A DNA stretch of 64,000 bases, taken from positions 416,001-480,000 of the forward strand of contig CAWBNQ010000003.1 of the NCBI GenBank assembly GCA_963790205.1. Reading direction: 5' to 3'. The translations under genes were made by a program, and so were the position numbers. The notes beneath the pieces were generated by a model, which saw only the letters and a list, made by a program, of their open reading frames with translations, searched no databases and was not told the DNA's origin. This DNA is from Nitrospirota bacterium. Lineage in GTDB: Bacteria > Nitrospirota > UBA9217. Every line of letters begins with the position of its first letter. Positions within the stretch are counted from its first letter, which is position 1. This document shows positions 9,574-19,502 of the stretch, one piece after another.

Positions 9574-10641
9574 ATGGACAATGCACTCCTTAATCAGATC
9601 CTTAACATTGCCTTCGAAAAAAAGGTCTCGGACATTCATTTTGAGGTCGACAACCCGCCGATGTTCCGGGCGCGCGGCCATCTCATTCGCGCCAAGCTCG
9701 GGAACTTGACGAAACAGGATACCGAGTTCGTCGCAAAGGCGGTCATGGAGCAGCACAACCGGAAGCTGCCCGAAGACGTAAAAGAACTGGATACTTCCTA
9801 TACTCTGGCAAATGTCGGCCGTTTCCGCGTGAGCATCTTCCGGCAGCGCGGCAATCTCGGCGTCGTCATGCGGGTCATACCCCATCAGATAGGGAGCTTC
9901 GAGGAGTTGCATCTTCCCCCGGTCCTCGGCAGGATCGCGCAGGTCCCGAACGGCCTGGTACTCGTCACCGGACCGACGGGCAACGGCAAATCAACGACGC
10001 TCGCATCGATGATGAAGTATATCAATGATAATTTCGATTACAATATCATTACCATCGAGGACCCGATCGAGTTTCTGTTCACTTCGAGCAAAAGCTGTAT
10101 TATCCAGAGGGAAGTGGGCATCGATACGGAAAGCTTCAGCGGTGCCTTGCGGTCCGCGATGCGCATGAATCCGGACGTCATCATGGTCGGAGAACTGCGC
10201 GATCTCGAAACCATAGACGCCTGTGTCAAGGCCGCCGAGACGGGGCACCTGGTATTATCCACTCTTCATACCCATAACACCGCTTCGACCATCAGCCGGA
10301 TGGTCGGTTATTTCCCGCCTGAGGCGCAGGAGAACACCAGGCAAAGGCTGGCAGAGAGTCTTACAGCCGTCATATCCCTGAGGCTTATACGGGGGAAAAG
10401 CGAGGAGACTATTCTGCCCGTCCTTGAAGTGATGTATGCAACTTCTGCCATCAAGGCGTGCATCCGGGACAATAAACTCGATGAGATCGAGCAGTACATC
10501 GAAAAGGGCCGCGACGAATACGGCATGCAGACAATGGACCAGCATCTCATTCGGCTCTGCAGAGAGGAACTCATAACGCTCGATGAGGCAAAGCGCGTCT
10601 CTCGTTCAAAAGACCTTGAACGAAAACTGATGTTCAGTTAA
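9574..10641 (+). CDS. pilT: PilT/PilU-family type IV pilus ATPase
   Basis: SDIHF, GPTGNGKSTT, TIEDPIE, MRMNPDVIMVGELRD, AAETGHLVLSTLHT, GMQTMDQ. Confidence 0.85.
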   Translation: MDNALLNQILNIAFEKKVSDIHFEVDNPPMFRARGHLIRAKLGNLTKQDTEFVAKAVMEQHNRKLPEDVKELDTSYTLANVGRFRVSIFRQRGNLGVVMRVIPHQIGSFEELHLPPVLGRIAQVPNGLVLVTGPTGNGKSTTLASMMKYINDNFDYNIITIEDPIEFLFTSSKSCIIQREVGIDTESFSGALRSAMRMNPDVIMVGELRDLETIDACVKAAETGHLVLSTLHTHNTASTISRMVGYFPPEAQENTRQRLAESLTAVISLRLIRGKSEETILPVLEVMYATSAIKACIRDNKLDEIEQYIEKGRDEYGMQTMDQHLIRLCREELITLDEAKRVSRSKDLERKLMFS

Positions 10642-10658
10642 GACATGTGGAATAGACT

Positions 10659-10819
10659 GCCATGCAGCAGGCTGCGTCAAAAGCATAGGATCGCGGAACT
10701 GAAAAGCCGGGGCATCGATAAACAAGGCGGTGAGAAATCACCGCCTTGTCCGTCTGGCAAAGATGAAACTTGCTATCGCAGTTCTCGTTTATCGTCAAGC
10801 CGTAAGTTCACTTCGGACG
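10659..10819 (+). repeat. About 160-bp direct repeat, copy 2
   Basis: Colinear, high similarity to 7160-7320. Confidence 0.92.
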
Positions 10820-11147
10820 TTACGTCCCCAAAGTTCTTATTGTAGACTTTTGCTACGAGCTGTTTTTGATACAAGCAGATCGGTGAGCGTGGTGCCGATG
10901 ACCCGCTATCGATTCTTGCCCCGAAGACAAAGCTCATCACGTATCAACTCCTGGAATCTCAACCGGCCCGGCATCCTGACCCTGGAGATTTGATTTCTGT
11001 TTTCCTTTAAGAAAAGTGGTAACATAACATAGGATTGACATCCACCCCTTGTGAGCTGTTGAGAGGCGGAACGGAAAGTCGTCACGCGTAGGAAGCGGAA
11101 ATTTATCGCCGGTGGATGCCGCCCCAGGAGGAAAGCAGGTGGTTCCG

Positions 11148-11810
11148 ATGAAAAAGGTCATAGTTACCGACCGTTTCAAACAACATCTTGACCCGGAGTT
11201 CTTTTCGGAGTTCACAGACATTGAAATGATCACGGCATATTCGAACGAACAGGCGTTGGAGCTCCACCGCAGCCGAAAAGCGGATCTCCTTATAACGACG
11301 CTCTATGGATCAGGCATGAATACCGTTCAGCTCTGTTCCACGCTGCGGGAGGACGAGAGTGCGCGCGGGGTGTCGATCATCGTGTGCTGCCGGGACAATG
11401 AGGTGGAGCGCGCGGAAAGCGCACAATGCAAGGCAAACGCTGTTTTGACGATACCGGTCAACGGAACGCTGCTGCGGGAGACGATGCTGCGGCTCCTGCG
11501 CGTACCGCCGCGCCATACCGTTCGCAGCACGTTCAGCGCGCGACGCAACAGCCCTGCGGATGCCGCCATCGACTGCCTCATGGAAAATATCAGTGTGACC
11601 GGCATGCTCTTCGAAGCAAGCACGAACCTGCAAAAAGGAGAGAAACTGTTTTGCACGCTCACGCTGCCTTCCGCGCCTCCCTTTGTGACGCAGGCAGAAG
11701 TGGTAAGGACATCCCGGGAACAATCACCATCCAAGACCATGCGATACGGCGCCAGGTTTACCCGTCTTGATCCCGTAGCCCGAAGGGCGATCGAACGTGT
11801 CCTCAGCTAG
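11148..11810 (+). CDS. Atypical receiver domain fused to PilZ
   Basis: Receiver-like N-half without the acceptor Asp (DLLITTL); PilZ motifs RHTVR and NISVTG, YGARF. Confidence 0.8.
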   Translation: MKKVIVTDRFKQHLDPEFFSEFTDIEMITAYSNEQALELHRSRKADLLITTLYGSGMNTVQLCSTLREDESARGVSIIVCCRDNEVERAESAQCKANAVLTIPVNGTLLRETMLRLLRVPPRHTVRSTFSARRNSPADAAIDCLMENISVTGMLFEASTNLQKGEKLFCTLTLPSAPPFVTQAEVVRTSREQSPSKTMRYGARFTRLDPVARRAIERVLS

Positions 11811-12210
11811 GACGGAAAGGTTGTCGTATTTTTTGAGGCTATCGTCCTTGAGCGGGAACAAAACTGTTTTCACGCTGTGGCGGATATGCTACTTTAGTCG
11901 AATTGACATTATTTCAGGCCGTGATAGGATAAGTCAGTATTGAGAGCGGAAATTTGCGGATTTTAAAATTGTGCTATACCTATACTGTGAAGCAAGTTCC
12001 TGAATAGATCTATTTTAGATTTGCCTTGGGTTTTGAGGGGAGAGGTACCGTAGTACACAGAATGCCTTTATGCATCATGCGGTGTGCAAGCCCTCAAGGC
12101 AACAGAGAGGGTAGCCTGAAGCATCTGCTAAGGCAATCAATCTGTCACCAGCCTCGCAAATACTCAAAACTCAAGGCAAGTATTTTCTCTCCTTCATAGC
12201 TGCCGCTCTT

Positions 12211-12726
12211 TTAAACCAACGACAACAGGCCGCTAAAATCATTATCAATTCCCATCATATCCAAATAAAGAGAGATCATGCCCCGATGATGGGTTTGGTG
12301 ATTAAAGATGTGCAGAATGGAGCCGCCGACATTCTTGCTGATCGTTTCTCCCTTCATGCTTGTAAACGATATTGATTTCTCCAACTCGCCTTTCCCAAGC
12401 TCATCAATGAACAGGACCATCTTTTTGTCCAGTGTTTCCCTCTTCGAAAGGTAGTCGGCCATATCGACAAACAGCTGGGAACCATAGGTCAGGGTCTGAT
12501 CGAAAAAGGGGTCCTTGATGAATCGAAAATCCCTGAATTTATCGAACCGTTTCATCCAGCTGTAATCGCTGATATAAACATGGCTGCACAATTGCTTTAT
12601 CGTCTTGAAGTATCCGGTAAACTCCTGGTCCCACTGCGCGCTGCTTAACGTGCGAATGATGCTGTCCATTTTTTGATTTGCAACTTGATTATACTGCGCC
12701 AACAGCCTGCATGTCTTGATGTCCAT
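12211..12726 (-). CDS. DinB family protein
   Basis: LAQYNQVAN, HVYISDYSW, HIFNHQTHHRG. Confidence 0.9.
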   Translation of the reverse strand: MDIKTCRLLAQYNQVANQKMDSIIRTLSSAQWDQEFTGYFKTIKQLCSHVYISDYSWMKRFDKFRDFRFIKDPFFDQTLTYGSQLFVDMADYLSKRETLDKKMVLFIDELGKGELEKSISFTSMKGETISKNVGGSILHIFNHQTHHRGMISLYLDMMGIDNDFSGLLSLV

Positions 12727-12895
12727 ACGACCTCCTGTATGATAAAACTATATCGCGCGGGGAATTCAAAGTCAAACGCATTGACTGGAGGTTTCGAGAG
12801 GGGATGATACCGGATGCTAAATTCGGTTTTGTCTTCGCTGAAAACCCTGCCCGCCATTATCAGAATGCATCATGTCAGGGTCAGCACACGAACGT

Positions 12896-13411
12896 TCATA
12901 CTTTCTCAGTCCCGCTTGCAACTGCGAACGGCTGCCGCGCCATCGTCACGACCGGCCGAGAGATTTTCCGCACCAGCCGCTTCATGTCCCTCGAACTGAT
13001 GTCACCTGCCGTGGCAATTGCAGGGCTTAATACTACCTTATCGATGCCCCAGTGTTCTTTTAAAAAAGTCCGTATGCCGGATATGGCGTCAAGTGGCGAT
13101 GTACGGACGGCCACGTGGACTCCCTCATGGAGGCATTTTTTTAAGAAGGCGTTAAGTTCTTCATCAGGAACCTCATCCAGGCATCGAGGACTCTCCGACA
13201 CAATCTGCTTCGCGGTATTGTGTTCGCCGGCCTCGGCAAAAGCCACGGCAGTCATCAGATTTTCAAATTTGCTGTTGAGATTAGCTCGCTTCTGAACAAG
13301 CAAAATCATGATGTCCTCATCCATCGCTTTTGCCAGTTCTATGGCGTACGAAACGCCTTCTGTTATGTTTTCATTACGGTGCGTGACGAACAGCAACTGT
13401 CTCTTTTCCAT
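12896..13411 (-). CDS. Hypothetical protein, USP-like fold
   Basis: GGAGG RBS; VSYAIELAKAM, MTAVAFAEAGEH, ISRPVVTM. Confidence 0.6.
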   Translation of the reverse strand: MEKRQLLFVTHRNENITEGVSYAIELAKAMDEDIMILLVQKRANLNSKFENLMTAVAFAEAGEHNTAKQIVSESPRCLDEVPDEELNAFLKKCLHEGVHVAVRTSPLDAISGIRTFLKEHWGIDKVVLSPAIATAGDISSRDMKRLVRKISRPVVTMARQPFAVASGTEKV

Positions 13412-13672
13412 TGTTAAACCCCTCCGCATACGAGCGCTGCCTCTTGGGAGTATCTGAAGCAATCGCCGGCGCTCGATACCATTATCTATTATTGGCTTTT
13501 ATTGATCTCACCAAAAAATCCTCTCTTTTGAAAGGGATTTTCAGTGCTCGCTGTGCAAACCGGCTTTTCTCTGCCCGCAGAGCGTATTTGAACGGGCGGT
13601 GTTATCGCCGGGCATCAATACGCGCGGAACAAGTATTGAAAAATGATTGTGTGAACTGAATAGTGCTGAAAA

Positions 13673-14119
13673 TTAGACAGAGGGAGGAGCATTGCCCGCG
13701 TAGAGAGGATTGAAGCCTTTATGAATCTCAAGGATATTTTCCGGGGTGACGGTTGAACGGTATGCCGTCGGAGCCAAAGGATCGGAGAAGTCGTTTTTTG
13801 GCACTGACGTATGCCTGAACAAGGATAATTTTTCTGAAGAATCATCAGGAGCGATAGCCCGTTTTTTCTTGACGAGAACGGAAGTCTTCCCATTGGTGTG
13901 CGGGGTTTCTTCAGCAGATGATCGTCTTTCCACAAAGGACGCCCAGAGCAATAGATGAACGTTTTTTATGCTTGGCGATTTTTTAACGGTCGCATATATG
14001 ATTTCAGGTACTTGTTTAGCGGAAAGCGCATAGGTAAGAGGGGATATTGAGAAGAAAAGAAAGTAAAAGGCAAGAAATAGTTTGAAAAATTGTTTTTTAT
14101 TAACAGGCACAGCCAACAT
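13673..14119 (-). CDS. Hypothetical exported protein (low GC)
   Basis: N-terminal hydrophobic stretch; no recognised motif. Confidence 0.4.
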   Translation of the reverse strand: MLAVPVNKKQFFKLFLAFYFLFFSISPLTYALSAKQVPEIIYATVKKSPSIKNVHLLLWASFVERRSSAEETPHTNGKTSVLVKKKRAIAPDDSSEKLSLFRHTSVPKNDFSDPLAPTAYRSTVTPENILEIHKGFNPLYAGNAPPSV

Positions 14120-14557
14120 GGTACGTCTCTCTACTGATCCTCTCGAAGGGGATAACATCTAACCTGTGATATATAACAGATTGTTGCATAACTGTCAACA
14201 GTGATTTGATAGGTAGATACTATCGAATACCGGTTCAAAATTGAGGTGTATCAAGGGATGAAAAGATTAACCGGCTGAACCCGTCCTGAACCAATAACGC
14301 CAGGAAAGGAACCGATAAATAATTTTTATAGCAAAAGTGATAAAAATGTCTTTACAGAAAGTTGCATTTTGTTTAATATTCGCTTCGGCCGTTGAAGTCC
14401 GAAAAAAGAACTTTGGCCTTACGGTTCGATTCCGATACTGTTCGATCCGGGGTCGTTGCACTGCGTAGTGTAAGAGAACCACATATCTTTTAGAGAAGGA
14501 AGAGGCCCGCGCGGGGAGAAGTCGTTTTCCGGCCCTGCGGGCTTCGAGGAAAAACCC

Positions 14558-15991
14558 ATGGCTTTTAAGATCTGGCACAAGATTCCCCGGCTCAAGTTCC
14601 CCGACACCCATCTCAGTCCGGGTCTTGATCCGATGGTCCCGATGCTCCTCGTAGCGGCAGCGGTCGGCTTCATCGGTTCCCTTGCCGTTGAACTGTTCCG
14701 CACGGCGATGTACACGATCGTTCGCCTCTATTCGTCGCAGGAACATCTCGTCGCTGCCGCGCGCTCCTTGCCGTTATGGGCGCGCGTTGCAGTTCCGGCA
14801 ATCGCCGGCACCGCAAGCGGATTGGCCATGTGGGCGGGCCATCGCTGGATCAAGCGGCCGCGCGGACCGGAATACATGGAGGCGGTGCACGTCGCCGACG
14901 GTGTGCTGCCGCTTGGGCCGAACCTCGTCCGGACCGGTTCCTCGCTCATCGGCGTGAGCGGGGGCATTACGATCGGCCGCGAAGGAACGATGATCCAGTT
15001 TGCGTCCGTGGCCTCCTCGCTCCTCGGGCGGATCTTCCATGCCGATGAATCTCACCGCAGGCTGATCGTCGCGTGCGGCGCCGCGGCCGGCTTTGCGGGC
15101 GCGTATCATGCCCCGATCGCGGGCACCCTGTTCGTCGCGGAAATCATTCTCGGCGGACTGGCCCTCCGCGAAATAAGCGCGGTCCTGGTCTCAGCCGTGA
15201 TCGCCCAGCTTACCACGCAGGCGCTCTTTGCTTCCGGTCCGCTCTATATTGCGCACGTCGTGCCCCCGGTAGGGTTTAACGATCTCTTTGACGCGTGCCT
15301 CGTGGGCCTGGCGGCCGGCCTGTTCGGTCCCGTGTTTCTGTGGCTGCTCGAAACGTCAAACCGCCGCTACCAGGCGCTGTTCACCTTTTTGCCCCTGCGC
15401 ATGGGGTTGGCCGGGTTGGCGATCGGGCTTCTGTCTCTTGCGGGGCCCGAGGTCTGGGGCAACGGTTTCAGCGTGATGCAGTCCTTCCTGTCCACCCATT
15501 GGGCATTGAGCGCGGTAGTGGCCGTGTTCGTGCTGCGGCTGATCGCGGTCACCATTGCCAGCGCCGCGGGCATTCCCGGCGGCGTGCTCACCCCGACCCT
15601 GGTGACCGGCGCCGCCCTGGGACTGCTCATCGGTCACACGATGCTGACACCGTGGGCAGACCATTCCCAGACGCTCTGGATACTGATCGGTGCGGGCAGC
15701 CTGCTGGCGGCAACCACCCATGCGCCCGCAATGTCCGCCATCATGGTTTTCGAGACCACGCACAACTACCATGTCGTACTCGCAGCCCTGCCTGCGTGCG
15801 TTATTGCCTCCGTTGTCGGCAGCCTGCTCCGTCACCATTCAGTCTACACAGAAGCCCTGGGGTTGGGGGAAGCCGGCCCTGCCGCATCCGCCGCTGCGCG
15901 CCGGACAATATCGCCCAACTCCCCGCCGTTTCACCTGAGGTCCTCTGCGATCGCAAGCAGCGACGGCGATCAGAGAGGGAAAGCTGCTTAG
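14558..15991 (+). CDS. ClcB-like CLC chloride channel/antiporter
   Basis: EYMEAV, GITIGREG, ACGAAAGFAGAYHAPIAG, VWGNG, GGVLTP, HAPAMSAIMVFE. Confidence 0.9.
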   Translation: MAFKIWHKIPRLKFPDTHLSPGLDPMVPMLLVAAAVGFIGSLAVELFRTAMYTIVRLYSSQEHLVAAARSLPLWARVAVPAIAGTASGLAMWAGHRWIKRPRGPEYMEAVHVADGVLPLGPNLVRTGSSLIGVSGGITIGREGTMIQFASVASSLLGRIFHADESHRRLIVACGAAAGFAGAYHAPIAGTLFVAEIILGGLALREISAVLVSAVIAQLTTQALFASGPLYIAHVVPPVGFNDLFDACLVGLAAGLFGPVFLWLLETSNRRYQALFTFLPLRMGLAGLAIGLLSLAGPEVWGNGFSVMQSFLSTHWALSAVVAVFVLRLIAVTIASAAGIPGGVLTPTLVTGAALGLLIGHTMLTPWADHSQTLWILIGAGSLLAATTHAPAMSAIMVFETTHNYHVVLAALPACVIASVVGSLLRHHSVYTEALGLGEAGPAASAAARRTISPNSPPFHLRSSAIASSDGDQRGKAA

Positions 15992-16034
15992 GATCTCCCG
16001 AAACAATGCCGTCTTATTTTGAAAAGAAATTCAT

Positions 16035-16185
16035 GCAAACGCATTAATTCATGTTACATAAATCTCCCCCACTCCTCTTTCCCAAAGAGGGGGATAAAGA
16101 GGATCTCCCCCTTTGAAAAAGGGGGATTAAGGGGATTTAAATAAATAGACTCTTCAGAACGCGTATCAATATTTAATGCGTTTGC
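16035..16185. mobile_element. MITE-like element with 13-bp terminal inverted repeats enclosing REP-like hairpins
   Basis: GCAAACGCATTAA (16035-16047) and TTAATGCGTTTGC (16173-16185); internal CCCCCTTTGAAAAAGGGGG. Confidence 0.6.
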
Positions 16186-16230
16186 TATCGTTGCTGAGAA
16201 ACTATCGTGGGGGTTAGACCGGTAAGATTT

Positions 16231-16675
16231 TTACGCAATCGGTCCTGGGAAGGCGGTCGGGCGCTTTCGGGGTCTTCGCAGAGGATAACCGACAGGAACG
16301 AGCACAACAGGCCGAAGATAGTCCGGCATCTGGAGAATCTTCTTGACCTCTTCCTCTTTGAACGCCCCGACCCAACAGGTCCCGAGGCCAAGGTCTTGTG
16401 CCGCAAGGAGCAGGTTCTGAATACTCGCGGCCGTGTCCTGGATGCAGTAGAGGTCCGTGCCCCGCTCCTTGTAGCGCGCGGCGATGCGCAGGTCCGCGCA
16501 TGCGACGACCACCAGGGGCGCCCGCGCAATGAAGCTGACGAAGTTCTGTCTCAGTCCCGCCTGCGCCAACTTGTTCCGAAGAGCTTCATTCAAGACAAAA
16601 TAGAACTGTCTGCTTTGAAGGTTCCCGGCGCTCGGTGCCCAGCGAAGGGCCTCGGTGTTGAACAGCAGGAGCTTC
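16231..16675 (-). pseudogene. Nitroreductase, 5'-truncated
   Basis: ALRWAPSAGNLQ, QNLLLAAQDLGLGTCWVGAF, VPVGYP; in-frame TAG upstream and N-terminal RRSIR region missing. Confidence 0.8.
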
Positions 16676-16775
16676 TAGAGCTTCTAGGGTCACATCTTGT
16701 ATTTTGATATTTCAGAACCTCGAAGGAGAGTTGTCCTCTGAGGTCAAATATCGTTTGATGGCTTTAATGCCGATG

Positions 16776-17065
16776 TCAGGCAGCTTTTTTCGTTACCACT
16801 CGATAATCGTACCCCAAAGCGACCAGTATCCAGTATATTGAACAGCACGTCAAAAGTGACCTTCGCTGTGCCGACGCCGGACTCAATCTGCGCGATCCTC
16901 GCCTGGCTGAGCTTGAGTTTTTTTTGCGAGGTCGACCTGAGACAACTTTTTCCCCCTCCGGGTCTTCACGATCAATCCGATGACCCGCTGTTTCTCCCGA
17001 ATCTCGGCGACATTCGCCCCAAGTGACTTTGCCAGCTCCTCGATGGAAACTTCCTTCCACGCCAT
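16776..17065 (-). pseudogene. HigA-like HTH antitoxin with two frameshifts
   Basis: LSQVDLAKK then LKLSQARIAQIESG after an 8-A run; tandem ATACTGG duplication before ILVALGYDYRV. Confidence 0.8.
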
Positions 17066-17067
17066 GA

Positions 17068-17298
17068 TCAAATCTCCTTCAGTCTTTTGATGATAATGGC
17101 CAGTTCCCGCTGGGGAATGGCCCGCGTCTTTTTTCTAAATCCATGAATCAAGTAAATAGCTTCTTCTTTCTTGATATAGTAGATAGCCCGCACCTGACCC
17201 GCTTTGTCGCGAATCCGAAGTTCATGCAGCCCGGGACGAATCCCTGAGAGGTTCCTGCTCAGCGGCATTTCAAGTCTTTGCCCGCGCTCATCCAGCAC
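17068..17298 (-). pseudogene. RelE/HigB (Gp49-like) toxin, N-terminally truncated
   Basis: LEMPLSRNL..GLHELRI...IYLIHGFRKKT; resembles intact toxin at 49340 but lacks its N-terminal part. Confidence 0.7.
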
Positions 17299-17301
17299 TC
17301 G

Positions 17302-17489
17302 TTATACTTCGTCCTCCTGTGAAACCTGGACGGGAACCCCCCTTCATCGACGGTTACACGAACAGTAATTGGCTTGCAGCAAACCTGACAGTCTTCAATA
17401 TAATTATAATTCTTTTTTTTTACGGAGCAGTCGACGAGGAGCTCAATAGGCTCACCGCAATAAGGACACGTGCTGTTGACCGGTTCCAT
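17302..17489 (-). CDS. CPXCG cysteine-rich small protein, probable frameshift near 3' end
   Basis: CPYCGE...YIEDCQVCCKPI; one extra G in the G6 run would give the ending VPVQVSQEDEV-stop. Confidence 0.7.
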
Positions 17490-17741
17490 ACCAAACGCCG
17501 CCATACATTACCTCAACGGCATTATACGTTAACCGCAGCGAATAAAGCAACGCAACCCAATCGCCACCCTATGCTACATCACTGCTCGTGCGGGGATCAT
17601 TGGTAATACCTTTCTCTTATTGACATTAACATATAGTTGCGGTTTCATTTAACTGTAGAGTGGTTTTTCTTGAATAACAGCCTAAAAGTATCTTCTTTAG
17701 GTGCAGCGTTGTTAGGCCCATCCACAATCAGGGGGTCGGTC

Positions 17742-18224
17742 ATGTCAACAGTCACTTCTACAGTACGCGAAAGGATCCAGGCTCAGGGCTTCTGCGGCCT
17801 GGATGACAAGACAGCCGCGCAGATCAATTATGCCTTGCGGCTGTCGCCGGCGATCTGCATGGTATGGGCAGCCGTGGGAACAGCGCTCGCTTCGCCACCG
17901 ATCCTGTGGGCACTGGTGCCCTTTGCAGCTCTGGGCGCGATCCTGCCGGGGCATCCTTTTGATGTTCTCTACAACTTTGGCCTGCGCCATCTATTCGGCA
18001 CACCAATGCTGCCCTGTTACGGAGCCCGTCGACGCTTCGCCTTTGCTCTGGCGACGATCATGCTTATTGCCGCTGCAGGGGGCTTTCAGGCAGGCGAGCC
18101 CATGGTCGGCTATATCCTCGGCTGGTCGGTCGTGGCCGCTGCCTTCGTGAACGTGAGTACGGGCTTCTGCATTCCCTCGTTCATTGTGCGCGTCTTTTTC
18201 GGCAAGGTGGTCTGCGAAGGGTAG
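17742..18224 (+). CDS. DUF4395-like membrane protein
   Basis: Four hydrophobic segments, HPFD, RRFA, C-terminal TGFCIPS. Confidence 0.7.
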   Translation: MSTVTSTVRERIQAQGFCGLDDKTAAQINYALRLSPAICMVWAAVGTALASPPILWALVPFAALGAILPGHPFDVLYNFGLRHLFGTPMLPCYGARRRFAFALATIMLIAAAGGFQAGEPMVGYILGWSVVAAAFVNVSTGFCIPSFIVRVFFGKVVCEG

Positions 18225-18233
18225 GAGAAGAAC

Positions 18234-18480
18234 GTGGCCGAACAAAGGAGCTTCGCCATCGGCACTTTCATTGTCACAGCTCTCATCGCCGGCTGCGCAT
18301 TGCCAACAAGCCGCCCTGCTGATGCGCCTGCCTTTCAGAGCGGCTACTCCGGTGAACGGCTTTAAGCTGTATTACGAGGTCCACGGCAGCGATACCCACG
18401 GGAAGCCGCCCTGATCCTTCTTCACGGCGGCGATCCTACCATCGAAACATTCTTCCGTAAAACGCTCCGATTGGCTTCTC
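18234..18480 (+). pseudogene. N-terminal fragment of a lipoprotein alpha/beta hydrolase
   Basis: Lipobox IAGC, then across frameshifts PVNGFKLYYEVHG and LILLHGG..TIET. Confidence 0.65.
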
Positions 18481-18564
18481 CCGATGATCGGGGAGTTCCT
18501 GGATCTACCCATGCGTTTTGGCCCTGCCTCCCGTTGCCACGGCATGGGAGTTCGTGTCTGTTAT

Positions 18565-19113
18565 TTATGATGTGTGATGCAGTTTCTCTGCACACTCTTT
18601 GCAAAGACCACGGCTGTATTCCGCATCCGCATGTTTCCGGATATATGATTCCACTGTTTGCCTATATTCCTGGTCATTACGGAACTTTTTACAGCTGGCA
18701 CAAACAGGGAGCATGGCACTTAATTCCTCATTCTGATTTAACGCACGGTCCAATTCTGCAAGGAGACTTTCTCGTTGCTGTAATGTTTTCCGTAATTTTA
18801 GCAGCGATGTCACAACCACATAGAAAACGAAGTACATCGCCCCATTCCAAAATTCGATGGAAATATTTGCGTATTTTTTGCCAGCCATAATAGCTGGATA
18901 CTCTATCGCGATAATCGATATCACCGAAAACATTATTCCGATTCTTTGGCCAACGAACCACGTAGCATAAGAAATCGGCAGCAAATAAAATAGTTCCATT
19001 CTTAATTCATGACCTGTCACATAACCGACATATCCGATTGCCATCGTTAATAAAAGACCGATGATTATGTGATATCTTTTCCGAAGACTACTGAACCATT
19101 CTAAAGTGTTCAT
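18565..19113 (-). CDS. Membrane sensor-like protein with C-terminal four-Cys domain
   Basis: About four TM segments (LFYLLPI), coiled coil, LPVCASCKKFR...GLCKEC. Confidence 0.75.
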   Translation of the reverse strand: MNTLEWFSSLRKRYHIIIGLLLTMAIGYVGYVTGHELRMELFYLLPISYATWFVGQRIGIMFSVISIIAIEYPAIMAGKKYANISIEFWNGAMYFVFYVVVTSLLKLRKTLQQRESLLAELDRALNQNEELSAMLPVCASCKKFRNDQEYRQTVESYIRKHADAEYSRGLCKECAEKLHHTS

Positions 19114-19168
19114 AGGGCCGCCTTTTATTGTTGCACCAGAAAAACAACCGGTTAAAGTAAAAAGTTCT

Positions 19169-19369
19169 TTAACTTTTTTTCTCATCCTTCTGCTCGATTG
19201 ATTTTTTCTCTTCTTTCGGCTCATCCTTTTCAGACATGGCTTTTTTGAATCCCCTGATGCTTTTCCCCAACCCTTCCCCGATCTCGGGCAATCTGCCGGG
19301 CCCAAAGATAATGAGCACGATAACGAGTATCAGCAGCAAATGCATCGGCCGAAATAGTCCTTCAAACAT
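19169..19369 (-). CDS. tatA: Twin-arginine translocase TatA/TatE
   Basis: [27 protein letters not shown]. Confidence 0.93.
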   Translation of the reverse strand: MFEGLFRPMHLLLILVIVLIIFGPGRLPEIGEGLGKSIRGFKKAMSEKDEPKEEKKSIEQKDEKKS

Positions 19370-19502
19370 GTTGAATCCCTCCCCTCAAGATTAATTTGAG
19401 TTCATGAACATGAACTGCTCAATATGCGGTATGTTGCCGCGTATAACCTTCCACACGACTATATGCTTGTGTCATCTGTTCCCTGCCAAATGGTCCTTCA
19501 TT

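Noticed and set aside
14400..14557. Possible fluoride riboswitch / CLC-F exporter
   Set aside because: No GGCGATGG..CGCC core upstream; protein has GREGT but lacks GNNLI and GEVTP
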